NCBI RefSeq assembly: GCF_009914755.1
Contig: NC_060941.1
Source: the human T2T-CHM13v2.0 reference genome, Homo sapiens
Reading direction: 5' to 3' (one strand)
Length of the DNA: 64,000 nucleotides
In this document: positions 44,121 to 62,240 of the stretch, piece after piece
How the letters are laid out: each line of letters starts with the position of its first letter
Position numbering within the stretch: the stretch's first letter is position 1
Position numbers and translations under genes: made by a program
The notes under the pieces: generated by a model
What the model was told of the DNA's origin: nothing
What the model saw: the letters and a program-made list of their open reading frames with translations, nothing else
The model's database searches: none

Positions 44121-46299
44121 TATGTGGGGGATGTCTGGGGATGCCTTCAGCTGCTTAATGATGTCATCTGAGACGCAGGCTCTTTCTAACATTTTTATTC
44201 TGCCATCCTTAGCATTTTGGTTTTCCTTGTCACGCTTGTTGCTGCATCATTATAAGATAGCTATGGCACCTATAGATATCACAAATGCTCCAGGCTGGAA
44301 GAAGAAAGAGAGCCCACCCTCTGCATCTATACCTCTTTTGATCAGGACTATTTGTCAGAGACCCCTTTCAACAGATTTTGCTTACATCCCCTATGAACAT
44401 CCAAAGCTACAAAGGAAGCCAAAAAATAAGTATGCAGTTTTGCAGACTCTTAGACTAGATCATGACAAGAAAGAAGGGACCAGGAATGGATGCTGAGTGA
44501 GCCAACTGCAGTTTTTACATAGTATTTTTATGTACAAAATTAAAAGCATATTTTGTAGAGTGCATGGATTGAATGTAGTGATAACCAAACTATGCAAGAA
44601 TTGTGCTTTGCAGGCCCTGTAAAAAGCATTTTGTGACATCTGACCATTAAAAGAAGTTAGGAGATGTACTTGCAAACTATTCAGGCTCTGATCCCTACAT
44701 TGCAGGAGTCTGACACTATAAATTGTACATTTTCATACTGAGAAAAGATTAGAAGGTTGATGTAGGGTACGCATGTCTTAACCATCAACTCATTCACAGG
44801 CACTTTGTTGTATGGCATAGGGAAGAGCCCTTTCAAGCTGTGTTTGGTTACATGAAACCTAAGTCAGCCATCCAGTCATTGTAGGAAAAAAAATCATCAA
44901 AAAGCAAGATTCGTCATACAGCTGAAGGCAGCAAGCTGTTGGACAAAGAGCAAACAAAGCCTGTGGAGGTCAGGAGATCTGAGCGTTCCATCAGGTTCTG
45001 CCACTAAACAGCTGTGTGCTTTTGTGAATGTAATTAACATTGACAAATTTCAGTTTCTTAATCTATAAGGTCAGGGGTTTGCAGAAAAGATTGCTTAGGG
45101 CACTTTGAGCATAAAATGGCTATATTCTATTATAATTGATATCTTATAAAAATTACTAACTGCAAAGGTAATGAATCACATTAAACCTCTCACTGTGAGT
45201 TGACAGGAAGGAACACAGAGAGATCTGGAGGAACAGAGATGGGCAGAGTCACTGGCTCTGTGTCAGCTGCTGTCATTTGTGGTAGATGGTACATTCCACA
45301 GAGGAAATGCAACACATATAAACCTTTAGAACCCACTAAAACTCTGTCAACATTATTTTTGCATAATTGGAAAAATGGGTTTGCAGTGCAATATATTGAG
45401 CCCACACCCCAATTTCAAGACCTGGTGTCCTTGTTGATTTAATTTCACAAAGCAAAAAAGAAGATACATTAGGAGTGAAAGGAATCACATTGGTGGGGAA
45501 GTTGTTACAATAGTCACTAAAGTCTTTCAGTCCAGGAATCAGAGGCCATGCAAATGTATCAACGTTCAGGTTCAGATGAAAGTTATGGAAAGTTGTGGTT
45601 GTCAGCACAGGTTGTGATGGGGTTGGAATTCTTGCTCCACCATTTAGAGCTGTGTGACAGTCTTCAAGTTACTTACCACATCTGTGCCTTTGTTTCTTAT
45701 CTGTAAAATTAGGGACAATATTTGCACATATCTCTGAGAACTGGGTAAAATTTAAATTTTTTTTTTAGTCCAGTGCCTGGCCTCTAGGTACTTATTATCA
45801 GAGAGGTAATTTTTAATTCTTTAAGTAACTCAATGAATTTGCAACTAAGCTTATAAACTGTTAGGTAGTTAGTAACTTGTGGTGGATTTCTTAATTTGGG
45901 GAATAAAGTTTCTCTATGCAGAAATGTATGAAATGGCAAAAGTAGAAAGCCTACCATAAAGCTTAAGGGACACTTTTACTGGAATACCTTTTAGGAGACT
46001 CAGGCAGTTTTGCACAGAGCTGTTGCCTGCAACCCTGAGCCGCTTCCTAGTACAGCTCTGCTCCTGGGTAAAAGGCAAGAGACAAGAGAGCTATAAACTC
46101 TGTGTAGTGCAGGAATATAAATGTATCATTGTATTCTGCTTGGACTATGTCCTTCATCAAAGTGACAATTTAACTGAAAGTGGTCATACAGACAGAACTG
46201 GCAGGTTTTCCACTATTGCCTATTCCTATTTCTCTTGCTGGAAATCGCTCCAGGATCCTTAACAGGTGGTCTGCCTAAATTTGGAATGTCAAAATGGAT

Positions 46300-47650
<1,351 letters not shown>

Positions 47651-47684
47651 ATGGTTAAAAATAAGTATCCTCCAGTCCAAGACC

Positions 47685-47990
47685 CCTTAAGGCTGTCAAG
47701 GTCATAAAAAAAGCAAAGAACAACTGAGAAAGTGTCATGGATGTGGAAAGACATAAAAATTAGAATCTAGTGTCGTTCCCTGGATTGGAACCTATAACAG
47801 AAAGAGGACCTTAATGGAAAACTGGTGAAATCTGGAGTTTCATCAATAGTAATGGACCAATGTCAGGTTCTTGGTTTTGACAAATGAACCACAGTAGCAT
47901 AAGGTGTGAACAATGGGAGAAACGGGGTGAAGGGCATATGGGAACTCCTTATAAGCTATCTTTGCCATTTTTATAAATAACAAGTTTACT
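47685..47990 (+). mobile_element. L1MC-type 3'UTR
   Basis: ctgtcaaggtcataaaa...cctggattggaacc...ggaaaactggtgaaatc...ggtgaagggcatatgggaactc. Confidence 0.75.
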
Positions 47991-48008
47991 TGAAATATCA
48001 AGCCATTT

Positions 48009-48328
48009 GGCCGGGCGCAGTGGCTCACACCTGTAATCCCAACACTTTGGGAGGCCAAGGCGGGCGGATCACCTGAGGTTAGGGGTTCGAGATCAGCCTG
48101 GCCAACATGGTGAAACCCTGTCTCTACTAAAAATACAAAAATTAGCTGGGCATGATGGTGGGCACCTGTAATCCCAGCTACTTGGGAGACTGAGGCAGGG
48201 AGAATTGTTTGAACCCAGGAGGCGGAGGTTGCAGTGAGCCGAGTTCGCGCCACTGCACTCCAGCCTGGGCGACAGAGCGAGACTCCATCTCAAAAAAAAA
48301 AAAAAAAAAAAAAAAAAAAGAAAAAAAA
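48009..48328 (+). mobile_element. AluSx-like with long A-tail
   Basis: Full dimer; A28-G-A8 tail. Confidence 0.96.
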
Positions 48329-49978
48329 TTAAACCTTTCAAAATGTGTAACCCTGAGGAGTGAGATTTGAGTATGGGACATAATGACTTTCAGATTCTAT
48401 GTGGAAAATGTTGTACAATGACCACACATATTACATAATAAAGGATGAACTGACATAAAAAAAATTGTAGAAGTATATTTGTGAACATGGAATAATAAAA
48501 AAGCAAATTATAACAGTATAATCTTACTTAAATATATTTTAATTACTTGCTTTTGCTTTCATTTATGTTCCAATTTTTAAAACAAATATACATTTCTTAT
48601 AGGACAAAGAATAATTTAAGTTTAAAATATCCCTGGAAGTAGATGTGGGGCAGGCAGAATCCCCAAATCTCCAGTCTTGCAAGTTAGAATCGGGGGTTTC
48701 CTGATCCTGTACCTGCTCCTTAAAACTCTGGGGCCACAAAAAGCAGATCGTCTTTGTTGATGGGGACTCTGGCTCTTTATTCCAGTAATAAATTTAAATG
48801 AATATCCCTTTTTTTTAACTATGATCCAACACATCTTGTCTGTGCTTAGATCATTCTATTCAAGACACAAGGGTGAAGGTATTAATTAAAAAGAAAAAGA
48901 ATAATTTAACAGTATCAAGCATTCTTTCCTGCTGTGTAGGTTATTTATAATATGATTTTCAGAGAGAATAATGGCCAGTTAAATAAGAGAAAATACAAAC
49001 TCACTACACTTAAACCCTGCTAATAGAAAATTGAAGACAAAATGTAAACAAGCATTTTGCCTTTTTTCATGTTTATCACATAATCACAGCACTGCCATAT
49101 TTGGGAAAAATAGCCTAATATTTGAATGCAAATGCTACTGATATTTATTGTAATATTTTGGACACATATCCACATAATGCAAGATTTTCATGTATTTGTC
49201 TTACTCAGAAATGAATTTGCTGGATGGTTTCCAAGCAGTAATTTGGATTTATAAGAATGTAAATACATTATGATTGAGTTCCCAGTAGCATTTAAGCTCA
49301 TGGATATTAGGCAATGCCTGATGCCAAGCAACTTCGGAAGCCCTGGAGACTCAGCGGCTCACAGCCCTTTCCCACGGGCCACCCACTCTCGAGGGCCATA
49401 TTTCCAAATGCATTTCTGCGAGTCTGAGAGACTTGAGGATTTGCAAGGGCCTTCCTCACAGACACAGTGGCTTATGCCCACTTCACCCAGTTTCTCGCAT
49501 TGTTCACACCTTACGTTACTGTGGTTCATACGTCAAAACCAAGTGGGAGTTACCAGTGGGTCAACTGGTCATTATAAAATGGAGAATGAAGTGCTGTAAT
49601 TGGTGAGACTATAAGATTTCATGGGAGCGCAAAAGAGAAGCACCTTGAAACCTGGACCCCTGGGGACAGGGGTGGCCAAGATACAGGCTGGCCAAGATAC
49701 ACAGTCCATGGAACGTGAGGCTCGGAGGAAGCAGAGTCATTTCCCAGGAGAATGGGAGACCAGGGAGAAGAGACGGTGCTCCAGGCAGAGGTGACTGCAC
49801 CTGAAAGGGCCTGGTGAGGGAGGGGAGTGAGCGTGGTGGGTCTAAAGAACTGGACAGAGCCCCCGCCAGACCACAGGATGCCAAGAGGTGGGTGAGAGCC
49901 AGAGCCCAGCGGGAGGAGCAGCCCCATCACGAAAGGCCTTGAACACCATATTAAGGAAATTGGATTTTATTTCATGGT

Positions 49979-50675
<697 letters not shown>

Positions 50676-51032
50676 AAGGACAATCAAGTGTCCTAAGGAA
50701 GGGCAGGGGGCAGGGGAAGGATGGTTAGATTCATCCTTTTGAAAGATTACTGGCTGGTGGGCAGAATGGATAGGAGAAGGTAGAGTTGGGGGCAGGAAGT
50801 TCAAAAGCCCTTTAAGTGCTAGACAATGGTTGCAGCTGCTATGGAGGTCTGTGCAGGCTGAATTTGCACAACTCTGGGGGGTGCCTTCTAAATACAGACA
50901 TACCTCAGAGATGTAATGGGTTTGTTCCAGACCACTGCAATAAAGCGAAGATTGCAATAAAGTGAGTCACACAAAGTTTTTGGTTTCCCAGTGCATATAA
51001 AAGCTATATTTACACTATATTGTAGTCTATTA

Positions 51033-51382
<350 letters not shown>

Positions 51383-51446
51383 TTAATAAAATATACTTTG
51401 TTGCCAAAAAGTGAGAATGATTATCTGAACCTTCAGTAAGTCATAA

Positions 51447-53506
<2,060 letters not shown>

Positions 53507-53707
53507 TGTAGGGTTATTAATTGGCCTAATTTCAATATTGTTGTGCTGCAGGGAATGGGTAGGCCCAAGGAGAGGGAAGGAGACGGGAACTGCAAGTCAG
53601 TGGAACATTCAGAACACACACATTTATCAGTTAAGTTTGCCATCTTATATGGTGTGGTTCTTGGCAACCCAAAACAATTACACTGGTAACATCAAAGAAC
53701 ACTGATT

Positions 53708-54006
53708 GGCCAGGCTTGGTGGCTCATGCCTGTAATCCCAGCATTTTGGGAGGCCGAGGTGGGTGGATCATGAGGTCAGGAGTTCGAGACCAACCTGGCC
53801 AACATGGTGAAACCCCGTCTCTACTAAAAATACAAAAATTAGCCAGGTATGGTGGCACATGCCTGTAATCCCAGCTATTCAGGAGGCTGAGGCAGGAGAA
53901 TCTCTTGAACCCTGTGAGGCGGAGGTTGCAGTGAGCCGAGATCATGCCACTGCACTCCAGCCTGGGCAACAGAGCAAGACTCCATCTCAAAGAAAAGAAA
54001 AGAAAA
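53708..54006 (+). mobile_element. AluSg-like inside Tigger1
   Basis: gatcatgaggtcaggagttcgag; A-rich tail. Confidence 0.94.
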
Positions 54007-54319
54007 TTACTGATCCCAGATCATCAGAACAGATATAATAATGAAAAAGCTTGAAATATTATGAGAATTACCAAATGTGATACAGAGACATGAAGGGAAC
54101 ACGTGCTGTTGGAAAAATAACATCAATGGGCTTGCCCGACACACAGGTGCCACAAATTTTGAATTTGTAAAAAAGCACAGTATTTGCAAAGCTCAAAATA
54201 AAAAAAAAACCCAAAGCACAATACAACAAGGTATGTCTATGGATGATAATACAAATCATGTGCCCACAGGTCACACAGTACACACGTTGGCATTGCAAGC
54301 ATATTCGAGATACCACTAA

Positions 54320-54620
54320 TGACAAGCATAGGTAAAGGAATTGGGAAGAAATGCATAGATTCGAGAGAAACTTAGAAAATAGACTGAATTGTGTTTGAAG
54401 ATTGGTTGGATACTACTAGTAAGGGAGAAGAAGGAGTAAAGCATGAAGCTATTTTCAGTCTTGGGCAACTGGGTGGGTGGGGGCACTGGCCCATGAATTA
54501 AGAAACCAAGCAGGAAGATCTGTGTCGGAGAGGATAATTGAGTCTGTTTTGGATTTGAGTTCGAAGAATCAAAAGGAGCTCTTCAAATTGAGATTTTCAA
54601 TAGGAAGTTGAAAATATGAA
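54320..54620 (-). mobile_element. L2 fragment (probably continuing 49640-49975 and 50680-50820)
   Basis: tagattcgagagaaacttag...cttgggcaactgggtgggtgg. Confidence 0.55.
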
Positions 54621-54741
54621 GATTACAGACCTTTACATGCATCATGATTTTTCATGATTTAAATAGCCTAATATTTTAAATCATGGGGGTTGATAAGAAC
54701 TGAAGGAATACTGTGTAAAATAAGAAAAGAACATAAAAAGG

Positions 54742-55050
54742 GGTCAGGCATGGTGGCTCATGCCTGTAATCCCAGCACTTTGGGAAGCTGAGGCAGGCGA
54801 GTCACCTGAGATCAGGAGTTTGAGACCAGCCTGGCCAACGTGGTGAAACTCCATCTCTACTGAAAATGCAAAAATTAGCTGGGCATGGTGGCATGCACCT
54901 GTAATCCTAGCTACTCGGGAGGCTGAGGTAGGAGAATTGCTTGAACCCAGGAGATGGAGGTTGCAGTGAATCAAGATTGCACCACTGGATTCCAGCCTGG
55001 GTGACAGAGCGAGACTCCATCTCAAAAAAACAAAACAAAACAAAACAAAA
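54742..55050 (+). mobile_element. AluS
   Basis: Full dimer; (CAAAA)n tail; TSD about aacataaaa(a)ggg. Confidence 0.93.
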
Positions 55051-57422
55051 CATAAAAGGGAAAAAAGATGCCCTCTTGGCATCCAAACTCTTAAGTCAGA
55101 GGTTCATTACAGGACTTAGCGGGCAAAAATAAGAAAAACGGTGTTGCCCATTTTCTTCCCCTCTTCTACCTACCTGCTGGTTCCAGGCACAGGTATCTCC
55201 TCATGTTCTTAAGGCTTGAGAGTACCCTGAAAGCAGCAGCAGTGAATGTGTGGGGTGATCTCATTCACCCAGCAAATATGGGGTATCTACAGTGTGTCAG
55301 ATACTGTACTAAGTTTCTGTTGATCAAAAAAAAAAAAAATCATACTTCTCTCCATTCTCAAAACAATTCAGATGCTTGGGGTAATGCATGGACCCCAGAA
55401 TTATAATTCTAGTGGCATTACAGGGCCTTCAGAATTGTAATTCCAGCATCAGAATGGAAGACCAAGATCGGGTCTTTGTCAGTGTCCTGGGGATAATCAG
55501 AAGATCTCTGCCCAACAGATTCACATGACTGTCTTGCTAAAGGAGGTTAATTCATTCAAAGATGGGAAGTGGGAGAATCCAAGAAAGTTCACTTCCTATA
55601 TTCCCTGATCCTACACCTTGGGAACTTTTTTTGCCCAGCAGAGATCTTTGATGTTACATTTTCTTGCCTCTCTTAGCTCTGAGTGTCAAAAAAAAATATT
55701 TTCACAGTTTTGAGGGGACTGTTTCTAACACACTTCCTTCACTCCTTATATAGGGTATAGTGGGCAATATCCATCCATCCTTTATGAGTCAGGTCACCTT
55801 ATAAATATCAATTATTAAACTGAGTAATCACATAGTGATGTCTCATTGACCTGAGTGCTAAATGGCTATAGATTGAGATGCTCTTGGTTTGTCTTTTGTC
55901 TTTTTCCTTTCTGACACAGAGCATTTTTCTAAGAATCATCTCTAATATGAAAACTAGAAAACAAAATTGGCAAGCTTGGGAGGCTCTGGAATATCTGCAG
56001 TGTATGTACAATAATAGAAAATAGACTCTTTGTAAGGGTCTTTGCATGAAATTTTGGGCATGGCTACTGAAACACCTATGTAGATATACAGGGGTGCTTT
56101 CATTCATTCATTTTTGCTTCCTCCTGAATACATAGCTGAAATTGCTTTAAGAATATATATGGATTTGGGAAAAGCAAAAAACAAAGCCACTGCCCTGGCT
56201 CCTACATTGTCACACCTGATCAAGGGATAATAGCTGAAGGTTGTGCTTCGCAACTCAGAGTCATACGGCACCTGTCATTATCTAAGCTGGGGTTCAGATG
56301 ATGCTAGTTATCACCCACTCTCCAGATATTTGTTTTTATTCATTAACATGCCTGAGTGTTTTTGTCTAGTTATTGAGAAAGATGGGTTTAGAAATTAGGC
56401 TTCGCAACAGGACAGGCTGGGACAGAAGAGGCCTTCAGCCGAAAGCATGATTTGTACATACCTAGGAAGAATCCCTTTGGGACCACCTGAAAGTGACCAA
56501 CTAACAATAGGAAAGGAGGTTTTATTCTTTCTGGAGCTCACAGTATTATAATTTGGGCATAGATGTGGATGTAACCTCATTCCCAGCCCCAGGCTGGTGA
56601 GGCCTGGAGATATTTGGGCAACATGAGATAAGTAAATATATATTCAAATCCTTCTGGGAACCTGGGATAAGATAGTCTTGCTTTTTTAAAAAAAGAATAC
56701 TTGTAACATGAAATAGCTATTTATGTTGATATTTGACTTAAGATGGCAGTTTGTTCAGCTTAGTTACTCCATCAACAGCAAAAAAATTCATATGTAGGAG
56801 ATTATAGGAAAGCAGGAAGATTTACTGTTTTGGCAGGAAAAAAGGGAAAACACCAGCCATGATCAAGAAGTCAACAATCCTTAACAGAGTTGTAAAATTC
56901 AGTTCTGGAAGCAATGGCGGAATTCATAACTAGTTATTCAATCTATGTCCTTGTAACGGGACGGTCACGTCAAAGGAGAAACTGGACTTGGATGGGAGAA
57001 AAGGTTTGAAGCGATTTCTCACAACGTTAAGTCAAATTTGATTCCAAAGCATTCCAAGGGGCTATTTCAAGTCCTTTTATTGTTTTATACTTGTTCAATA
57101 CCATTTCAGGCCAAATGAGAATGCATCAAGAAAGTCTTTGTTTACAGAGATGGGAGAGATGCAACAAAGTCCTATCAAGTCTGTAAGGAGAAGAAAAATC
57201 CACAGGTTGGAATTCTAGGAAACAGGCTCTACACAGATGGATGTGTCACCTGCCTCTGTTTACCCATCTTACTTTAACACAGATTAGCTGCCTAAAAAAC
57301 ATCCAGGTGACTCTACTGGGTATAGACATCTTGTGTGCAGTTCTTACAAATCAGTTCTAGGGAAAACAAAGCTGACTGTCAAAAGCCCGTTAATAGCAGA
57401 CAAATTCTTCTGCAATCCTTCA

Positions 57423-57572
57423 AGCAATGTTTCTCAACTGTGATGTACATACATATCTCCTAGGAGGTATTGCAAAAATACAGATTCTGATTCAGAAGGT
57501 CCGGGGTGGGGCCTGAAATTTCATATTTCCAGATGACACTGATGCTGTTGGTCCAAGTCACACCTTAGCAAG
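57423..57572. mobile_element. MER5A-type hAT element
   Basis: aaatacagattctgattcagaaggtccggggtggggcctga...gatgctgttggtcc. Confidence 0.75.
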
Positions 57573-57907
57573 TTGACTGTTTCTATACCATCCATAGATG
57601 GAGAAAAATCTCAATGCCCTTTCTCATCTAGAACTGTAGGAAAAAGCTATTAGCTAGAGAAGCAATGATTGTCCTTGTGTAGAATATGGGTTTAATTCTA
57701 GGCTGCCTGCCCTTGATGGATGAGCCTTATAGGTAATCACCAATTTAAAATAAAGAAAGATCAGTGTATAATTTTGTAGTCCCTGTCATCTGTCACAGTT
57801 ATAAAATGCCATGTTGTGAAATGCTGAATTTACTCAGAACCCCCCCAGTTACTGGCAAAGTGTCCATGCTAAGTTTCTAATTTCAAATATGCTTTGTTGA
57901 AAAGCTT

Positions 57908-57977
57908 AGAAATTGTATCACTTCATGGAAAAGAGAGCACTGAGAAATTATATGACTTCATGGAAAAGAGAGCACTG
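57908..57977. repeat. 35-bp tandem duplication (2 mismatches)
   Basis: agaaatt(g/a)tat(c/g)acttcatggaaaagagagcactg twice. Confidence 0.9.
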
Positions 57978-58264
57978 CACTGAGATTCAGAAGACTTGTA
58001 ATACAGTCTCAGTTTTGTCATTCATTTGCTGTGTGACATTGAGTCATGCCTTCTACCCTTCTGAGGCTCAAATATGAATTAAATAGCGCCAACTAGATGC
58101 CTTCTAGGAATGCTTTCAACTCTAATGTTCCACGTGCTATATAACATTTGGAAACATAATTTAAGTTCTCACTAGCGATCAGGAAGTTGCCTTGTTAGTG
58201 GGATGCGGTTCATCATTAGTGTTAATATCTCTGGTTTTATATCAGTGAGAACAAAGAGGTGAGA

Positions 58265-58625
58265 GTGTAATAGTTGAGAGCACTGGCTTTGAAGTCAGGC
58301 AGAGTTGGGTTCAAATCCTGCTGCCTCATGTTCTAGGAGTCTCATGGATTACAAAATTGACTTAATTTGTCTGAAGTTCAGTTAAGTCATCTGTAAAGTC
58401 CGATCTGTGAAATGGGTAAGAAAATAAACCAGCCTCTTTGGAATATTGTAAGTAGAGTGGCCTAATGTTGTGGTTTGACTGGAACTGAGGGTTTTCCCTG
58501 GAAATGGGACTTTCAGTGCTAAAAGCAGAACAGTTCGAGGCAAACCGGGATGGTTGGCCACCCTACAGTCACAAGTGTCACCTGAGATAAACCTGTAAAG
58601 CACATAGAAAATATTCAATGGACAC
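58265..58625 (+). mobile_element. MIR interrupted by a MER81-like element
   Basis: gagcactggctttgaagtcaggcagagttgggttcaaatcctg...tcatctgtaaa...tgtaaagcacatagaa. Confidence 0.7.
58453..58565. mobile_element. MER81-like hAT-Blackjack MITE
   Basis: tagagtggcc...gggactttcagtgctaaaa...ggcaaaccgggatggttggccacccta. Confidence 0.75.
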
Positions 58626-58671
58626 TAGCCATGGTTGTGAATAGCACATAAATATAGAGATATGAGGGTGA

Positions 58672-59101
<430 letters not shown>

Positions 59102-59756
59102 TAAAATTTGAATCAAGGGACAGAATAGCCTCTTAATGATGAGCCCCCTACAAGCCTGGTTTGGGGATGCTGATGTGGCCACAGGCAGACATAGGCAGCA
59201 CTCAGCAGCTCTGATGGATGCAACACCAGCCAGGAATGTGAGCAGCTGTCCTTTCTAACCCCGATGTCATTTGCTGAGGCAATGCCAACTTCCTTCTCTT
59301 CCATCAAAACATTCCAGAGTTCATCCTTGTCAGGCCATATACAGATATGTCTCCTACGATTTGCATAAGGCCATTGTTTCTGGAATTTGGGGATTTTCCA
59401 GCTAGAATGTCTCACGTATGCTATTCTGCACAGACAATTGAAGAGAATGCAGGAGCCAAATTCCCTTGTTATGGCTACTTCTACCCTCTAACTGGTTCTC
59501 CTTTGGGAGCTTCTCTTCTCTTCCTTTCTACTCTCTGCCCACCTGGGCTACCCACTCCTCTGGGCTCAAGGTCCAATCAACCACACACAAAGCTTCAATT
59601 CTGGTTGTAAAGCTGTCAGTCACACCAGTTTCTCATATTTTCTGTCTTTGATTACTCTTAGTGTTATTTCTTCTCTAATTTCTCCTGTGGTTTATTAACT
59701 GCAATGTTGTCAACTTCATCCCAGCTTTAGGTGACCTGGAAACTATAACAGGACAA

Positions 59757-59886
59757 CAGGTGATCTGTCCTGCTTGTCCAGGACAGTCCAGGATTGCACC
59801 TGTTGTCCCAGGTTACTAATTAATCGAACCCCCGTTTACTTTCAAAAATGTCCACGTTTGGAAGACAAACGATACAATCACACTAT
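59757..59886. mobile_element. MER94-like hAT-Blackjack MITE
   Basis: ggacagtccaggattgcacctgttgtccc...tcaaaaatgtccacgtttgga. Confidence 0.65.
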
Positions 59887-60522
59887 CCAGACCCAACCTC
59901 TCGAGTTCTACTTTCATCTGTTTTATATTGAGCAATGATCTCCCTTATAAGATTTTAATTTGAGTGTAACATTTTGATATGTTTGAACAAAACAAAATGA
60001 AAAATCAATCTTGCCAGAAAGGGCAAGACATTCATAAAAACAGCCAACTGATCAACCCGTTGTTTTGCCAGGCAGAGCGAAACATTTATGAAAACAGTCA
60101 ACTGGTTTGAGGAGAAAATTCACCAAAAGCAATATAGCTAGAAGTCTAACATCTTAATGAGGAACAGTGCTCTTCGTCCAGACTTTATCGCTTTAGGTAC
60201 AAGATGCCCAAAACACAAGTTTGTACCTTACGAGCAAAATTGTGAATTGTATATAGAAAAAAAAATAGAGGTGAATCACCAAGTAAATGGGTCATCAAAA
60301 TGAATGTCTTCAATTCTACCTTAGGAGAAGCTTTTGGAGACAAGACTGGCAAATAAGTGGGCAGTATATATGACCCCATGGAAAGTCCTGGGGGTTTGGG
60401 ATCCATCAAAGGACTGGAATTAGGATACTGACTTTTCTTCCAATGGTGTCCCTGCGGACAAATGGCTTAATGTCTCTGAACATTATTTTCATGACTTACG
60501 CTTTCATAAAAAGTTCAATTAA

Positions 60523-60715
60523 CCATTGGTTTTCAAACTATGCTCTGCAGAGCCCAAGGATTTTTAGCAGAGGTGCCCTGTGCACCCTCAGGAGTTATAC
60601 TTTTATTCGTTTTATATCAAGCAATGATCTCCCTTGTAAGATGAAAATTTGAGCTTAACATTTTGCTATGTTTGAACGAAAGATTTTGATGCAAAAATAA
60701 AACGTGAGCATTTAT
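60523..60715. mobile_element. MER103-like hAT element
   Basis: tggttttcaaactatgctctgcagagcccaagga...gaggtgcc...gttttatat. Confidence 0.5.
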
Positions 60716-61789
60716 GGTTTAGGTAGCCTCTGAGCTCCCTCCAATTCTGGTATATGTGATTCTAAGGCCTTAGAAAATGTCAGCAGTTGGAGAACTATAG
60801 ATAGAGATGAACAAAAGATTCCTCTGCTGTCTGCAAAGCCCTAAAGTAACTTGCTAATAAGTGCAGACCAAGAGGGCCTTAGGCCGTGTGCTCTGATCTA
60901 TTAGAGAGGCTGATGGAGACCAGGGTGTGTCTGAGGAAAGTGCTAATACAGACATACAGAGCTGTGGCTGTGAGGTGTCTTCGCTGGAAAAGAGCATTCT
61001 GGGACTCTGAAAAGTGTTCCCCGAGATGTTCTCTATCACTCACAAAGACCCGGAGATTCTAAACTGGTCCAAAACTGATTCTAGATTTTTGGCAAAAGGC
61101 CTGGTGTCTGAAAATAATTACCAGTATGTCCAAAATTCTTTAAAAGTTCTAATAATAATAAAGTCTGGAGCATTCTAGCACTTGGGGGAGTGGGGTAGCA
61201 TGTATAAAGTTAAAGAGATAAACACTCATCTGGGGTGAAAATTAAAATTCAGAAGAATTAGGTAAGATACCATCACGAGTGCAAAGGTAGATCAGGAAAT
61301 CATGCTCCTTTCCTGTATTTCAGGTATCAGGAGAGAAAAACAGATAGTGGAAAGTGTGTGGCAGAAGCGCTTGCTTTCACTGGCCTGGAGGAAAAGTCAA
61401 ATTTTGAGTCAGAAGAAAAAGGGTAGCAACACTGAGAAGTCTGTGTCCTGGCTGCTTGTGTGGTCAGGTGTACTGCTGGTAATCAAACTATGAACCTGGG
61501 GTCCATATGTCCTTCTCTTTATAAAAGTACCAGATAAGTTAGGGCTTAAGATTGAACTGCAATGAAAATTATTTTTGCTTTCCTTTTTTTATCTTAAAAA
61601 TTTTTAAAGGGATTTTCCAAGTTTATATACTGTTTATCTCATATCTGGAACACTTTTAAATTTTGGTTAGATTTGGAGTAAGTTTGATTATAGTCTTTTC
61701 TATAGTCTTTTCTTGATCCTTAAAGAATGATTCATTTGATTGCTGTTTCTTATTTCACTGAACTTTTAATCATGTCACAATACTATTTT

Positions 61790-62240
61790 TAGGAGTGTCT
61801 ATGGATTTCTACTGCCTGAGAAGATAAAGCCCCAAGTCTTCACATTAAAGACTCTCATAATCTCACATTGGCTTTCTTTTCAGTCCTTATGATCCAGAAA
61901 CACCAGGTTACCCATTAGTTGCCAAGCACATTCTTTACCGTCTTCTTAGTGTCCATTCATCTACCCTCCCGCCACCATATCTCCTCCTTCATGAAGCTTT
62001 CCCAGCACAGGAACCCCAGGTGGAATGAATCACTTCTGCTCCCAGAATCCTCTGCTCCCAGTGATGGCCACTGTGGATCCTGCTGTTCCTATGTGTATAA
62101 CCCCCTTGCTGTGTAGGCTGTAAGAAGCATGAGGACAGGGACTGTGCCTATTCTTTTTTATAACTGGCATTTAACATAGAGCCTGGCATATGACAGATGT
62201 CCAACAAATCATTTTAGAAGAAAATAATTTTCTTAATTAA
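61790..62240 (+). mobile_element. L2 3' fragment
   Basis: catctcctccttcatgaagctttccc; ctgtaagaagcatgaggacagggactgtg...agagcctggcatatgacagatgtccaacaaat. Confidence 0.65.

Noticed and set aside
44005-44496. 163-aa ORF
   Set aside because: Starts at TTG, spans decayed L1 and LTR-like sequence, low complexity.
54653-54685. 11-bp inverted repeat catgatttaaa/tttaaatcatg
   Set aside because: AT-rich and plausibly chance; no other support.
59113-59415. 100-aa minus-strand ORF
   Set aside because: Non-ATG start, no recognisable motif or flanking splice signals.
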